DNA of 64,000 bases from Dehalococcoidia bacterium. GTDB lineage: Bacteria > Chloroflexota > Dehalococcoidia > UBA2979. Where the stretch lies: positions 2,880,001 to 2,944,000 of the forward strand of contig OZ244720.1 in assembly GCA_965219085.1 (NCBI GenBank), read 5' to 3'. The notes below the pieces were generated by a model, which had not been told where the DNA came from, did not search any database, and saw only the letters and a list, made by a program, of their open reading frames with translations. A program made the position numbers and the translations under genes. Every line of letters starts with the position of its first letter. The first letter of the stretch is position 1. This document shows positions 34,809-44,870 of the stretch, piece after piece.

Positions 34809-35012
34809 CTACGTCAACTGGATCACCGCAACGGCGGCGCTGAGCATCGCTGCGTTCACCGTGGTCATGCCCAAACCGAGGAACAACAACCCACGATACA
34901 GTTCCGCCTTTGTGGCGAGATGGCGAGTCGCGTCAGCAAGAGAGTCGGCAATGGCGTCAGCTTGCACATCATTGAAGCCCGCGTTTTGTAATCGCCGGGT
35001 TTCGGAAGTCAC
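34809..35012 (-). CDS. Small DUF1640/CCDC90-like protein with C-terminal TM anchor
   Basis: RRLQNAGFNDVQADAI...LATKAEL plus TM. Confidence 0.68.
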   Translation of the reverse strand: MTSETRRLQNAGFNDVQADAIADSLADATRHLATKAELYRGLLFLGLGMTTVNAAMLSAAVAVIQLT

Positions 35013-35086
35013 GATCCACGTCCCGTTCGCATACTTACGGTGCGATGTGCGGATGTTCGTGTCAATAGTGATCCGGCCAATATAAA

Positions 35087-35835
35087 TTATCGGATATGGC
35101 GATGTGATTCAGCCGAGCGCGGCCCCGGCCGGGTCCATTCCGCGGCCGACGGTTTCGTCTCCCCGACCAACTCCCCATCCGCCATCTCGAAGATGCGGCC
35201 GACGTGCTCGATCATCAGCGGGTCGTGGGTGGCGGCGATCACCGTCGTGCCCTCCGCGCTGATGGCCTGGAGCAACTCGAAGATCTGCGCGCCGGTCGCC
35301 GAGTCCAGCTCGCCTGTCGGCTCGTCGGCGATGAGCAGCGGGGGGCGGTTCGCGATCGCGCGCGCGATTGCGACGCGCTGCTGCTCGCCGCCCGACAGCT
35401 CGTAGGGGCGATGATCGCCGCGCGGCCCGAGCCCGACGAGGTCGATGACCTCGTTCGCCCGCTCCGAGGCCGCACGCCCGTTGCACCCCGGCGATGCGCA
35501 GCGCCAGCTCGACGTTCTCGCGCGCCGAGAACAGCGGCAGCAGGGCGAACGACTGGAACACGAAGCCGATGCTGTGGCGGCGCAGGTCGGTGAGCCGCGC
35601 CTCGCTCGCTGTCGAGACCTCCTCGCCCGCGAGGTGCACGCTGCCGCTGTCGGGGCGGTCGAGGCCGGCGATGAGGTTGAGCAGCGTGGTCTTGCCGGAG
35701 CCCGAGCGCCCGCGCAGCGCGACGAACTCGCCCTCTCCGACATCGAGCGTGACGTTGCGCACGGCATGCACCACGGTGGCCGCTGAGCTCGAAGTTGCGG
35801 CTCACCTCGCGCGTCTCGACGAGCGCCGGCGTCAC
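35087..35835 (-). pseudogene. ABC transporter ATP-binding protein (LolD/MacB-type), two apparent frameshifts
   Basis: GRSGSGKT in one frame, LSGGEQQRVAIARA and ADEPTGELD in another; shifts near 35780 and 35485. Confidence 0.8.
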
Positions 35836-36809
35836 GGGGCGCCCCGCAGCGGCGCGCGCGGCGGCTCCGGCGGCGGCTCGTTCGAGAACTCGCGCGGCGG
35901 CCCGGCCGGCGCGCCCTCGTCCGCACGCACCTCGATGTGGTCGCCGACGAGGTCGACGCGTGCGCGCGTGCCGAGGCCGAGGTGCTCCGCGATCTCGCGC
36001 GGCACCTGCAGCCGCCCGCTGCGGTCGACGATCGCGTACTCGTCGACGTCCTGCTCGTGTGCGCGGGTGAAGCGCGCGCGCCGCACGACCTCGGCGCTCG
36101 TCTTGCCGTCGCGGAACGCGACGATGCGGTGCACGCGGTCGATGATCGAGGCGTCGTGGGTGACGATCACGATCGTCACGCCCGTCTGCTCGTTCAGCTC
36201 CTCGAAGACGTCGAAGACCTCGGCGGCGGTGGCGTTGTCGAGCTCGCCCGTGGGCTCGTCGGCGAGCAGCAGCGGCGGGTCGTTGGCGAGCGCGACGGCG
36301 ATCGCGACGCGCTGCTGCTCGCCACCCGAGAGCTGGTCGGGGCGGTTGGGCTCTTTGTCGGCGAGTCCGACACGCGCCAGCAGCTCGCGCGCGCGGTCGC
36401 GCGCCGCGCCACGCGCCACGCCCTCGATCAGCATCGGCAGCTCGACGTTCTCGCGCGCGCCGAGGTAGGGGATGAGGTTGCGGCCGGTCTGCTGCCAGAC
36501 GAAGCCGACCTCGGTTCGGCGGTAGTCGACGAGCTCCTCGGTGGGCGTGGTCAGCAGGTCGCGGCCACCGACCTCGACGTAGCCGGCCGAGGCCTGGTCG
36601 AGGCCGGCGAAGATGTTGAGCAGCGTGCTCTTGCCGGATCCCGACGCGCCGACGAGCGCCATCATCTCGCCGCGGTACACCTCGAGGTCGAGTCCGCGTA
36701 GCGCGACGACCTCAAGGTCCTCGGACTTGTAGATCTTGAAGACGTCCTCGCAGCGGATGTAGGGCTGCTCGTCGTCGCTGATGCGCGGGTCGGTTCGCTC
36801 GGTGGTCAT
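35832..36809 (-). CDS. ABC transporter ATP-binding protein with C-terminal AbrB-like extension
   Basis: GASGSGKS, LSGGEQQR, ADEPTG; tail AIVDRSGRLQVPREIAEHLGL. Confidence 0.9.
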   Translation of the reverse strand: MTTERTDPRISDDEQPYIRCEDVFKIYKSEDLEVVALRGLDLEVYRGEMMALVGASGSGKSTLLNIFAGLDQASAGYVEVGGRDLLTTPTEELVDYRRTEVGFVWQQTGRNLIPYLGARENVELPMLIEGVARGAARDRARELLARVGLADKEPNRPDQLSGGEQQRVAIAVALANDPPLLLADEPTGELDNATAAEVFDVFEELNEQTGVTIVIVTHDASIIDRVHRIVAFRDGKTSAEVVRRARFTRAHEQDVDEYAIVDRSGRLQVPREIAEHLGLGTRARVDLVGDHIEVRADEGAPAGPPREFSNEPPPEPPRAPLRGAP

Positions 36810-39800
36810 GCGTCACCCACCCGTAGCGCGCGGTGCAGCGCGAGGCGCGCGTAGAGCAGCACTACGGCGAGCACGGTCAGCACGAACACGGCTCCCAGGA
36901 TGCCCCACACGAGCACGATCTCCCAGCGCGACACGGCGAGCGCGAACGGCGGGAGCACCTCGGCGCCGCTCTCGTCGAGGCCGAAGAAGTCCATCATCAG
37001 CCGGCCCACCTGTAAGCCCACGATCGTACCGAGGCCCATCCCCGCGAGGACCACGAAGAGGTGCTCCAACAGCACCACCCCGAAGACCTGCACGCGCGAG
37101 AACCCCAGCGTACGCAACACCGCGAACTCCAGCCTCCGCTGCTGTGCCGTCAGATACGAGTAGATCAGGAACCCGATCGCCGATAGCAGCAACACCGCCG
37201 CGAACGAGATCGCGAGGATGCCCTCCCAGCCGGCCGCGATCAGCGGGTCCTCCTCCTGCCGCGCTCGCTCCCCTTCGACGTCGAGGAGCACGCGCGGATC
37301 GTACGCCGCGAGCGCCGCGCTGCTCGCGGGTGGGTCGTCCGAGGCGACCCAGACGCTGTTGTACGCGAGCGTCGAGTTGGGCAGGGACGCGTTCGCGTTC
37401 ACCTGCAGGCGGCTGGCGTGCACGATCGCGAATCCCCGGTTGCTGTTCGCGTCGAACGTGGGGAACAGGTCGAACGACCCGCCGTAGGTGGCTTCGATGT
37501 GCGCGCCGGCGACGTTGAGAACCGCGTCGTCTCCGGGCTCGAGCTCCAGTCGGCGCGTGGCGTCGCTGGAGAGGTAGACGAGCGTGCGCCCGCCGGGGAT
37601 CACCTGCCGGATGCCGCGGCGCGAGGTCGGCTGCTCCTCGTCGAGCCACTCGTAGCGCAGCGAGACGCTCGAGCCGGGCGGCGCGTCGGCGTCGGCGCGG
37701 ATCCGGTCATCGACCTGGCGTTGCAGGGTGCCCTGCAGCACCTCGAACCCCGGATCGGTGAACACGTGGGCGAGGGTCGCGCCCTCGAACGGCGCATCGG
37801 CGTGCTGCGGCCGCCCCCGCTCGAACGGCGTCGCAGGGGGCAGCGGCGAGGTCATCGCCGGGCCGAGCAGCATCACGCCGCGCTGCGCGCCGATGGTGCT
37901 GCGCGTGTAGATGATGACCGACTGCAGCGCGATCGGCGGCTCGATGCGAGCGGCCAGCTGGCGGCCGGTGCGCCCCCGTAGCTGGTGGAGGTCGATCGAG
38001 AAGAAGCGCCACTCCTCGGTCGCCTGGTCGGCGGGGCGCACGGAACCGAGCCAGCCCGAGGAGAGCTGCCCGCGCGCATCGCGAAAGACGGCGAGCAGGT
38101 CCATCCGCGCCCGGACATCAAGGAGCTTCGCCCACATCCCGAACTGCCGCGCGTCGGTGGGCAGCGTGACGTACTCCACGGCCGTCGCGTTGCCCTCGAG
38201 GTCCTCGAGCATCGCCTGGAGCGAGCCTACGGCGAAGTCGGAGCGGAACCATGCGACGTCGCCGAAGGTGTCCGGGTCAACGCCGAGGATCTCGATGCGG
38301 GCGTTCTCGCCACTCACGCTGATCGAGCCGTCGTCGCGGATCACGGGACTCGCGACCCGTGCCGGGATCGCGCCGACCGCGGCGACGAACGCGGCGTCGC
38401 CCTGGCGGGCGAGGGCGCGAATGTGGGTCGCACGCACGTCGGCGCCGACCGCGTAGTGGGTGCGGTCGTCGTAAGACCGGTCGAGCGTGGCGGAGAACGT
38501 CGCGCCGAACATGCCGACACCGGTCGCAAGCATGAGCATCAGGATCAGCCGCGAATAGTGCGTCGGGTTGCGCGCGAGCGCGCGCGTGCCGACCAGCAGC
38601 GCGACGCCGCGGCTGCGCGCCACGAGCCACGCGACGAGCCGCAGCACGAGCGGGAAGAGCCGCAGGAACACGATCCCGGCGGTGAGCATCGCCACCGCGG
38701 GGGTCGCGAGCAGGAACGGGTCGGCGTGCGGGTCGCCGAACAGCGGCTCGTCGAACAGATCGTTCTCGCGCCGCAGCCGCCAGAACACGATCGCGAGCAC
38801 CACGACGAGCGCGACGTCGAGGTAGTAGCGCAGGAACAGCGGCGCCCGGCGTGGGCGCGCCGCGTTGCGCTTGAACCCCACCACCGTCTGCCGCGTCGCC
38901 TGCCACGCCGGCGCCATGAACGACGCGAACGCGAGCAACCCGCCCCCGCCCGCCAGCGCGAACGAGAGCGCTGAGAGGTGGACATCGAGCGGCGCCCCGC
39001 CGGAGAGGTCTGAGAACGCCGGCGTGGGCCCCAGCGCGGCGATTGCCGTCGCCGCAATCGGCGGCCCCGCCGCGACGGCGAGCGTGGCGAGGATCGCGCC
39101 CTCGATCCCGTACTGCACGAGGAGTTGCGCGGTGGTCGCGCCACGGCTCCGCAGCGTCGCGATCTCCTCGGCCTGCCGCTCCAGCAGCATCGTCGAGACG
39201 ACGAGGAGGTAGTAGGCGACCACGCCGCCGATCTGCAGCAGCAGCACGAACAGGGGGATGCGCACGAAGAACAGCTTGTCGTCGAAGGCCTCCAGCACGC
39301 GCACCAGATCCGTGTCAACGCGGAGCAGGTTCTCGGTCGCGCCAAGGCGGCCCTCGAGCCGCTCGAGCGAGGAGGCGACTCCCTCGGCGCCGCGAGAGTT
39401 CAGCCGCTCGCGCTCCACCTGGTAGACATCGAGGTAGCGCGCGGTCATCGACGGAATCGCCCGGGCGGGCGTGCCGAAGAATGCCTCTTGCGACACGAAG
39501 AACAGGTAGGTGGGCCACGACGCGGTCTGCGAGTCGAGCAGGTCCGTGAGGCCTCCCCAGTAGCGCTCGCTCATGTCGTTCGCCTCGATGAGGCCGACCA
39601 GCACCACGGTGAGCGGTGGGATGTCGCTGCTCCACGACGGGTGGAGGTCAAACCGTTGGCCGAGCGCGAAGCCGTTTGCGCGCGCCGTCTCCGCGCCCAG
39701 CAGCACCTCGACGGCGCCGTCCGCCGCGGCGCCGCCCGGCGCAGGCAGACTGCCGGCGGTCAGCACGACGTGGTCGAGGAGCTCCGTGCGGAAGCGCAGG

Positions 39801-40189
39801 TTTGCACGTGGCCGGGCGTCGTCGTCGAGATTCGGTACGCCACCCGGCGCGCTCGGGTAGAAGGTCGCCGTCGTGCCCTGCCGGACCACGGCGCCACGAG
39901 CCTCGCCGAGGGACGCGTCGAGGGCTCGATCGATGCGCTCCCGCGAGCGTTCATAGAGCGGGGCACGGATCGCGATGTTCGTCTGGGCGACGCGGACGTC
40001 GAGGTCGTGGACGGACTCGGCCTCCAGGGCGTGGGCGAGGCCGAGGTCGCGGATCGCGTCGGCGTAGATGACGGTGGAGGCGAGGATCGCGCCGGCGATC
40101 AGCGTGCCGATGACGACGCTCGCGAGCAGCCGCCAGTTACCGAGCATGCGGCGGACGACAATCACCGGCAGCGAACGGAAGTGCCGCAC
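36806..40189 (-). CDS. Large FtsX-like ABC permease (about 1127 aa)
   Basis: ERQAEEIATLRSRGAT and RRLEFAVLRTLG FtsX motifs, two large extracytoplasmic regions; GTG start at 40189. Confidence 0.88.
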   Translation of the reverse strand: MRHFRSLPVIVVRRMLGNWRLLASVVIGTLIAGAILASTVIYADAIRDLGLAHALEAESVHDLDVRVAQTNIAIRAPLYERSRERIDRALDASLGEARGAVVRQGTTATFYPSAPGGVPNLDDDARPRANLRFRTELLDHVVLTAGSLPAPGGAAADGAVEVLLGAETARANGFALGQRFDLHPSWSSDIPPLTVVLVGLIEANDMSERYWGGLTDLLDSQTASWPTYLFFVSQEAFFGTPARAIPSMTARYLDVYQVERERLNSRGAEGVASSLERLEGRLGATENLLRVDTDLVRVLEAFDDKLFFVRIPLFVLLLQIGGVVAYYLLVVSTMLLERQAEEIATLRSRGATTAQLLVQYGIEGAILATLAVAAGPPIAATAIAALGPTPAFSDLSGGAPLDVHLSALSFALAGGGGLLAFASFMAPAWQATRQTVVGFKRNAARPRRAPLFLRYYLDVALVVVLAIVFWRLRRENDLFDEPLFGDPHADPFLLATPAVAMLTAGIVFLRLFPLVLRLVAWLVARSRGVALLVGTRALARNPTHYSRLILMLMLATGVGMFGATFSATLDRSYDDRTHYAVGADVRATHIRALARQGDAAFVAAVGAIPARVASPVIRDDGSISVSGENARIEILGVDPDTFGDVAWFRSDFAVGSLQAMLEDLEGNATAVEYVTLPTDARQFGMWAKLLDVRARMDLLAVFRDARGQLSSGWLGSVRPADQATEEWRFFSIDLHQLRGRTGRQLAARIEPPIALQSVIIYTRSTIGAQRGVMLLGPAMTSPLPPATPFERGRPQHADAPFEGATLAHVFTDPGFEVLQGTLQRQVDDRIRADADAPPGSSVSLRYEWLDEEQPTSRRGIRQVIPGGRTLVYLSSDATRRLELEPGDDAVLNVAGAHIEATYGGSFDLFPTFDANSNRGFAIVHASRLQVNANASLPNSTLAYNSVWVASDDPPASSAALAAYDPRVLLDVEGERARQEEDPLIAAGWEGILAISFAAVLLLSAIGFLIYSYLTAQQRRLEFAVLRTLGFSRVQVFGVVLLEHLFVVLAGMGLGTIVGLQVGRLMMDFFGLDESGAEVLPPFALAVSRWEIVLVWGILGAVFVLTVLAVVLLYARLALHRALRVGDA

Positions 40190-40283
40190 GTCGGAGATTC
40201 TACGGGCGGATGGCCTCGGACGCTGCACGCGCGGCCCGGACCCGCCCGTGCCCATGTCGCCTCGTCACCCCTAGACTGTCGGC

Positions 40284-43200
40284 GTGGGCGAGCTCTTCTC
40301 CGTCTGGCGGTTCGCGCTGCGGCGCTTCGCGTCGAACTGGCCGCTCATGCTCCTGCTCGCCGCCGGGGCGCTGCTGGCGACGACGCTGCTCGCCACCGCA
40401 CCCATCTACGCCGACGCGATGTCCGACGTCGGCCTGCGCTTCAGACTCGATCGCCACCTCGACGAGCCGCGCACGCGCGTGCCCAACCTCTACGCCGACG
40501 GCCTCCGCCTCGCCGACCCGGTGCAACTCGCGCAGACGCGGGCGTTCGAGGCCGTGACCGAGGCGCGCGTCGGCTGGCTCGGCCATGAGGTCCTCACGGC
40601 GCAACGCACCGACCCGCTGACGCTCCAGTTCACGGACGACTCAGACCGCGAGCCCTGGCGGGCGCGGCTCATCCACCTCGGCGGGTACGAGGAGCACGTC
40701 GCGGTTGTCTACGGCCGCCTGCCGTCACCAGACGCTACGACCGCCGAGGTCGTGCTGCCCGAGGCATTCGCGAGTGTCGCCAACCTCGGTGATCGCGTGC
40801 GGCTGACCGCGCGCACGTTCAACGACTGCCGCCGCGTGCCGACCTCGGAGGACGAGAACGTCGCAGCAGAGGAGGTGCGGTGCCAGCCGACCACCTTCGT
40901 GCGCACGAGTATCGAGGCCGAGGTCGTCGGTTTCGTGCGGCCCAACGACCCGGACGACCTGCGCTGGCAGGTGTTCGAGGACCGCGAGCTCACGCCCGGC
41001 GGTCCGGGTCAGCCCGACAGAGGCTCGCAGTCGATCCCGCTGCTCACCTCCGCCGAGTACTTCAACGGCGCGCTCACCGTGCAGATGCCGGAGCTGCTCT
41101 CCCGCTACCGCGTGGGGCTCGTCGCCGACCTCGATGGCATTGCGGTACGGGATGTGCCGCGCGCGCTCGACGACCTCGCTGCCTGGCCGCGCGACGTGCG
41201 GGACGGGCTCGGGCTGGAAGCCGGTGGACGCGTCGAGTTCGCCACCGCCCTGGCGCGGTTCCGCAACGCGAGCACGTTCTCGCAGGTGCCATTGTTGCTG
41301 CTGTTGCTGCAGGTCGCGGGGGTCGTGGGCTTCTATCTCGTCGTCGTGACGTCGCTGGCGCGGGCGCGCCAGGCCGAGGAGGTCGCGGTCTACCGCAGCC
41401 GCGGCGCCAGCACCTCGCAGCTGATCGGGCTGAACCTGGCCGAGGGCCTGCTGGTCGCGGTGCCAGCGGCGCTGCTCGGTCCCTTCCTCGCGCGGATCGC
41501 GGTCGGCGCGCTCGGCTACACGCCGGCCTTCTCGGCCATCACCGGCGGGGAGCCGCTGGCCGCCTCGGTCAGCGAGGACGCCTTCCTGCTCGCTGCGGGT
41601 GGAGCCGCGCTGGCCCTCGCGGCGATGCTGCTCCCGACGATCGGCGCGGTGCGGCGCGCGGTAGTCGACGCGAAGCGCGAGCAGGCCCGCCCGGCGGAGC
41701 GCGGCTGGTTCCGGCGCTACCACCTCGACCTCGCCCTCGTCGCGCTGGCCGCGCTGCTGTTCTGGCAGCTCGACCGCCGCGGCGCGGTCTTCGACCCGCA
41801 GTCCGTGGGCGGGTGGCAGGCAGACCCGCTGTTGCTGCTCTCGCCGCTCGTGATGACCGCGGCCGCCGCAGCGATGGTGCTGCGGCTCTACTCACCGCTG
41901 CTGCGGCTGGCGGCCTGGCTGCTGCGCCCGCTGCGAGGCACGACCGTGACGCTCGGCATCGGCCGCGCGGGCCGCGACCCCGCTACCGGGGCACGGCTGT
42001 TGCTGCTCGTGCTCATCGCGATTGCCGTCGGCGCCTTCGCCGCCTCGTACGCCCCGACCGTAGCCCGCTCCTTCGACGACCGCGCGCGCTACGAGCACGG
42101 CGTCGACATGCGCGCGGCGATCGCGAACTTCGACCTGCCGTCGGGCCACGAGGGACTGGAGCAGCTGCGGTCGGTCGACGGCGTCGAGCGCGCCATCGTC
42201 GTGCACCGCGGCTCGATCGGTGTGCTGCGTGGCGGCTCGGTACCGCTGCTCGCAATCCAGGGGGGCGCGGCTGTGGCCCCGATGCTCTCGTTCCGCGATG
42301 ACTTCGCCGAGGAACCGCCGGAGCAGCTGCTCGGCCACCTCGATCTCGGCGTCCCTCTCGACGGCGGTGTGGCGCTGCCGGACGACACGGTGGCCTTGGC
42401 GATCTACGCCTACAGCAAGGAGACACCGCGGATTGGGCGGCTGCGCGCCTCGATCCGCGACGGCAACGGCGACTACCACGACGCCGTCTTCAGCGGGCTG
42501 GAGACCGGGACGTGGACGGAGTTGCAGACCGAGCTCCCGCCAGGGCTGGCGGCGCCGCTCACCCTCGCCAGCCTGCGGTTCATGGACCGGCGCGTGATCG
42601 TCCACGACGACGGCTCGATCTTCTTCGACGACCTCACAGCCGTCCGTGCGAACGGCGCACGCGAGGTCATCGAGCACTTCGACGACCAGTTCGGCTGGGC
42701 CATGTACTCGCAGCGGGGCGCCGCCGAGACGTTCGGACCGTCGGACGAGCGCGCGCGATCGGGCGCGCGGTCCGCGCGCTGGACGTGGACGCGCGAGGTC
42801 ACCGACCGCGCGCGCGTGCTCGCGCCTCAGGGCCCCAGCGTGCCGCTGAACGCCATCTTCAGCGAGCGGGCCCTGGCGTTCTTCGGGGTGCAACCCGGCG
42901 AGCGCACAGCCGGACTCCTCGGCGACCGGTTCGCGGTGCCGCTGATCGTGCGCTCGACGGCCGAGGTGTTCCCGACGCTCGATCCCGCGCATGGGTTCGT
43001 GATCGTCGACTACGAGCAGTTCCGGGCTGTCGCGGGCGCCCTCGGCTCCCGCGGCCAGCAGATACCGACCGAGTTGTGGGTCGATTTCGCCGAGGACGTC
43101 CCGCTCGCCGCCCAGGAGGCGATCGCCGAGCAGACCCGGGACAACACGTGGATGCAGTTCGACGCCGGCGAGCCGCTGCTACTCGCCGCGCGGCTCGAGG

Positions 43201-43652
43201 AGATCGCCTCGGACCCGACGGTGCAGGCGTCCGGGAGCGGCATCCTGCTGCTCGCGTTCGCCGGTGCGATGGGCGCTGCCGTGCTCGGCTTCGTGGTCTC
43301 GCTCGCGATCGCGCTTCAGAGCCGCACGGTGGAACTCGCGGTACTGCGCTCGCTCGGCGCGTCGAGCGGCGGCCTGCTCCGCGCACTCGTCTTCGAGTGG
43401 GGCGTGGTGCTGCTGTTCGGGTCCGTGATCGGGGTGCTGCTCGGCCGCTGGATCTCGCAGCTGATGCTCCAGTTCCTCGAGGTCACCGAGACCGGCGACC
43501 CGGTGGTGCCCGCGTTCGCGATCGAGACCGAATGGCGGCTGCTGTCGACGGGCATCGCCTTGCTCGGCGTCGCCGCCGCCGTCACGCTCTGGGCGGCGTG
43601 GCGCGCCGTGTTGCGGCGCGGCGTGGCCGACTCGCTTCGCCTGACGCAGTAG
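40284..43652 (+). CDS. Large FtsX-like ABC permease (1122 aa)
   Basis: RQAEEVAVYRSRGAS and RTVELAVLRSLGAS motifs; paralogous architecture to the divergent gene. Confidence 0.88.
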   Translation: MGELFSVWRFALRRFASNWPLMLLLAAGALLATTLLATAPIYADAMSDVGLRFRLDRHLDEPRTRVPNLYADGLRLADPVQLAQTRAFEAVTEARVGWLGHEVLTAQRTDPLTLQFTDDSDREPWRARLIHLGGYEEHVAVVYGRLPSPDATTAEVVLPEAFASVANLGDRVRLTARTFNDCRRVPTSEDENVAAEEVRCQPTTFVRTSIEAEVVGFVRPNDPDDLRWQVFEDRELTPGGPGQPDRGSQSIPLLTSAEYFNGALTVQMPELLSRYRVGLVADLDGIAVRDVPRALDDLAAWPRDVRDGLGLEAGGRVEFATALARFRNASTFSQVPLLLLLLQVAGVVGFYLVVVTSLARARQAEEVAVYRSRGASTSQLIGLNLAEGLLVAVPAALLGPFLARIAVGALGYTPAFSAITGGEPLAASVSEDAFLLAAGGAALALAAMLLPTIGAVRRAVVDAKREQARPAERGWFRRYHLDLALVALAALLFWQLDRRGAVFDPQSVGGWQADPLLLLSPLVMTAAAAAMVLRLYSPLLRLAAWLLRPLRGTTVTLGIGRAGRDPATGARLLLLVLIAIAVGAFAASYAPTVARSFDDRARYEHGVDMRAAIANFDLPSGHEGLEQLRSVDGVERAIVVHRGSIGVLRGGSVPLLAIQGGAAVAPMLSFRDDFAEEPPEQLLGHLDLGVPLDGGVALPDDTVALAIYAYSKETPRIGRLRASIRDGNGDYHDAVFSGLETGTWTELQTELPPGLAAPLTLASLRFMDRRVIVHDDGSIFFDDLTAVRANGAREVIEHFDDQFGWAMYSQRGAAETFGPSDERARSGARSARWTWTREVTDRARVLAPQGPSVPLNAIFSERALAFFGVQPGERTAGLLGDRFAVPLIVRSTAEVFPTLDPAHGFVIVDYEQFRAVAGALGSRGQQIPTELWVDFAEDVPLAAQEAIAEQTRDNTWMQFDAGEPLLLAARLEEIASDPTVQASGSGILLLAFAGAMGAAVLGFVVSLAIALQSRTVELAVLRSLGASSGGLLRALVFEWGVVLLFGSVIGVLLGRWISQLMLQFLEVTETGDPVVPAFAIETEWRLLSTGIALLGVAAAVTLWAAWRAVLRRGVADSLRLTQ

Positions 43653-43686
43653 CGCGCACGGGAACATCGAGGGGAACACGAGCACG

Positions 43687-44088
43687 ATGCTGGGATGGCG
43701 CTGGCGCTCCGTGGTGACGACCGCCCTGGTGCTCGCCGCCGTCTTCGCGGCGGGGCTCGTCGTCGGCTTCCTCCTGGAGCACGAGCCCGCGCCCGACGAC
43801 CGGCGCATCTCCATCGGCCGCCCATCGCAGCCGCCCCCCACTGAGACGTTCCGCGCCGGTGAGGTGACAACCGTGGGCGGCGGGCGCATCGAGCTCCGGA
43901 CACTCGGCGGCCTCGTCGAGTTGGACCTGCGCCCGGACGCGACCGCCGAGGAGCTTCGACGGGTGACCGAGTCGCGGTTCGCGCCCGGCGACGCGGTCAA
44001 CCTCGGTGGCGAGCAGGGCGACTTCGGGATCGTCCTGACCGGCGTGGTGGCGCTGGAACCGCCGAGTGGCGCGGAGGCGTCGCGGTGA
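43687..44088 (+). CDS. Hypothetical membrane-anchored protein
   Basis: N-terminal TM then beta-rich domain; GTGA overlap with next ORF. Confidence 0.65.
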   Translation: MLGWRWRSVVTTALVLAAVFAAGLVVGFLLEHEPAPDDRRISIGRPSQPPPTETFRAGEVTTVGGGRIELRTLGGLVELDLRPDATAEELRRVTESRFAPGDAVNLGGEQGDFGIVLTGVVALEPPSGAEASR

Positions 44089-44573
44089 GCGCACGGGGCG
44101 CCCCGCCGGCGCAGCACGCGCCGTGGGCGCTGGTCGCCGCGGTGACGATCGCCGCACTCGTGGCATCGGCCCTCGGCGGTCTGATCCTCGGTCGGTGGGC
44201 CGGGGAACGCGCGAGCGCACCCGCCGTGATCGAGGTGGTCATCGAGGATCCCGCGCTGTCCGCCGCCGGCGCGAGCGAGGGCTGGACGACGCGCGGCGGG
44301 TTCACCGGCTTCGGCGGGCTGCCCGCACTGCCGGGCGAGGTGTGGCGCGCGGCGCGCGTCGTCGAGTCATCGCCCGGCCGCCTCGTGATCACGTCGGATG
44401 AGGCGACGACGACGATCGACTTCCGGAGCCCGTCGCGGCTCTTCGAGATCATCTCCGCCGACGGCATCGAGGTCGGCGACCTCGTCGTGGTGCGTCTCGT
44501 GGACGGCGTGGTCGCGGCGATGCTGGTGGTGCCGCCGGACGTGGAGGAGGGCAGCGGGGCGGGTTCGCGGTAG
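44085..44573 (+). CDS. Hypothetical membrane-anchored protein
   Basis: N-terminal TM, GFTGFGG, IEVGDLVVV; translationally coupled to previous ORF. Confidence 0.65.
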   Translation: MSARGAPPAQHAPWALVAAVTIAALVASALGGLILGRWAGERASAPAVIEVVIEDPALSAAGASEGWTTRGGFTGFGGLPALPGEVWRAARVVESSPGRLVITSDEATTTIDFRSPSRLFEIISADGIEVGDLVVVRLVDGVVAAMLVVPPDVEEGSGAGSR

Positions 44574-44585
44574 GACTGACCTTCC

Positions 44586-44599
44586 TACTATGGTAGTAT
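44586..44599 (+). promoter_or_regulatory. Operator palindrome overlapping the -10 of the mazEF operon
   Basis: TACTA-TGG-TAGTA inverted repeat; TAGTAT hexamer 7 nt before ATG. Confidence 0.6.
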
Positions 44600-44606
44600 C
44601 GCTGGT

Positions 44607-44870
44607 ATGAAGCTCAGTGTGAGCCTGCCCCCATCTGACGTAGCCTTCGTGGACCGCTACTTGGCCGAACACGACGAGCCCTCGCGATCCGCTGTATTGC
44701 GTAGAGCATTGAAGCTCCTGCGGGAACGAGAGCTTGGGGACGCCTACGAAGCGGCGTGGGATGAGTGGGCCAAGGGTGACGGCAAACTCTGGGAGTCTAC
44801 CGTGGGCGATGGGCTCCGTCCGGAAGATTGGTCAGCGGAGCGGGGCGACACCCCGGAGCCCACTGGCTGA
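44607..44870 (+). CDS. mazE: RHH antitoxin (MazE9-like)
   Basis: MKLSVSL...SRSAVLRRAL...AWDEW...WESTVGDG. Confidence 0.88.
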   Translation: MKLSVSLPPSDVAFVDRYLAEHDEPSRSAVLRRALKLLRERELGDAYEAAWDEWAKGDGKLWESTVGDGLRPEDWSAERGDTPEPTG

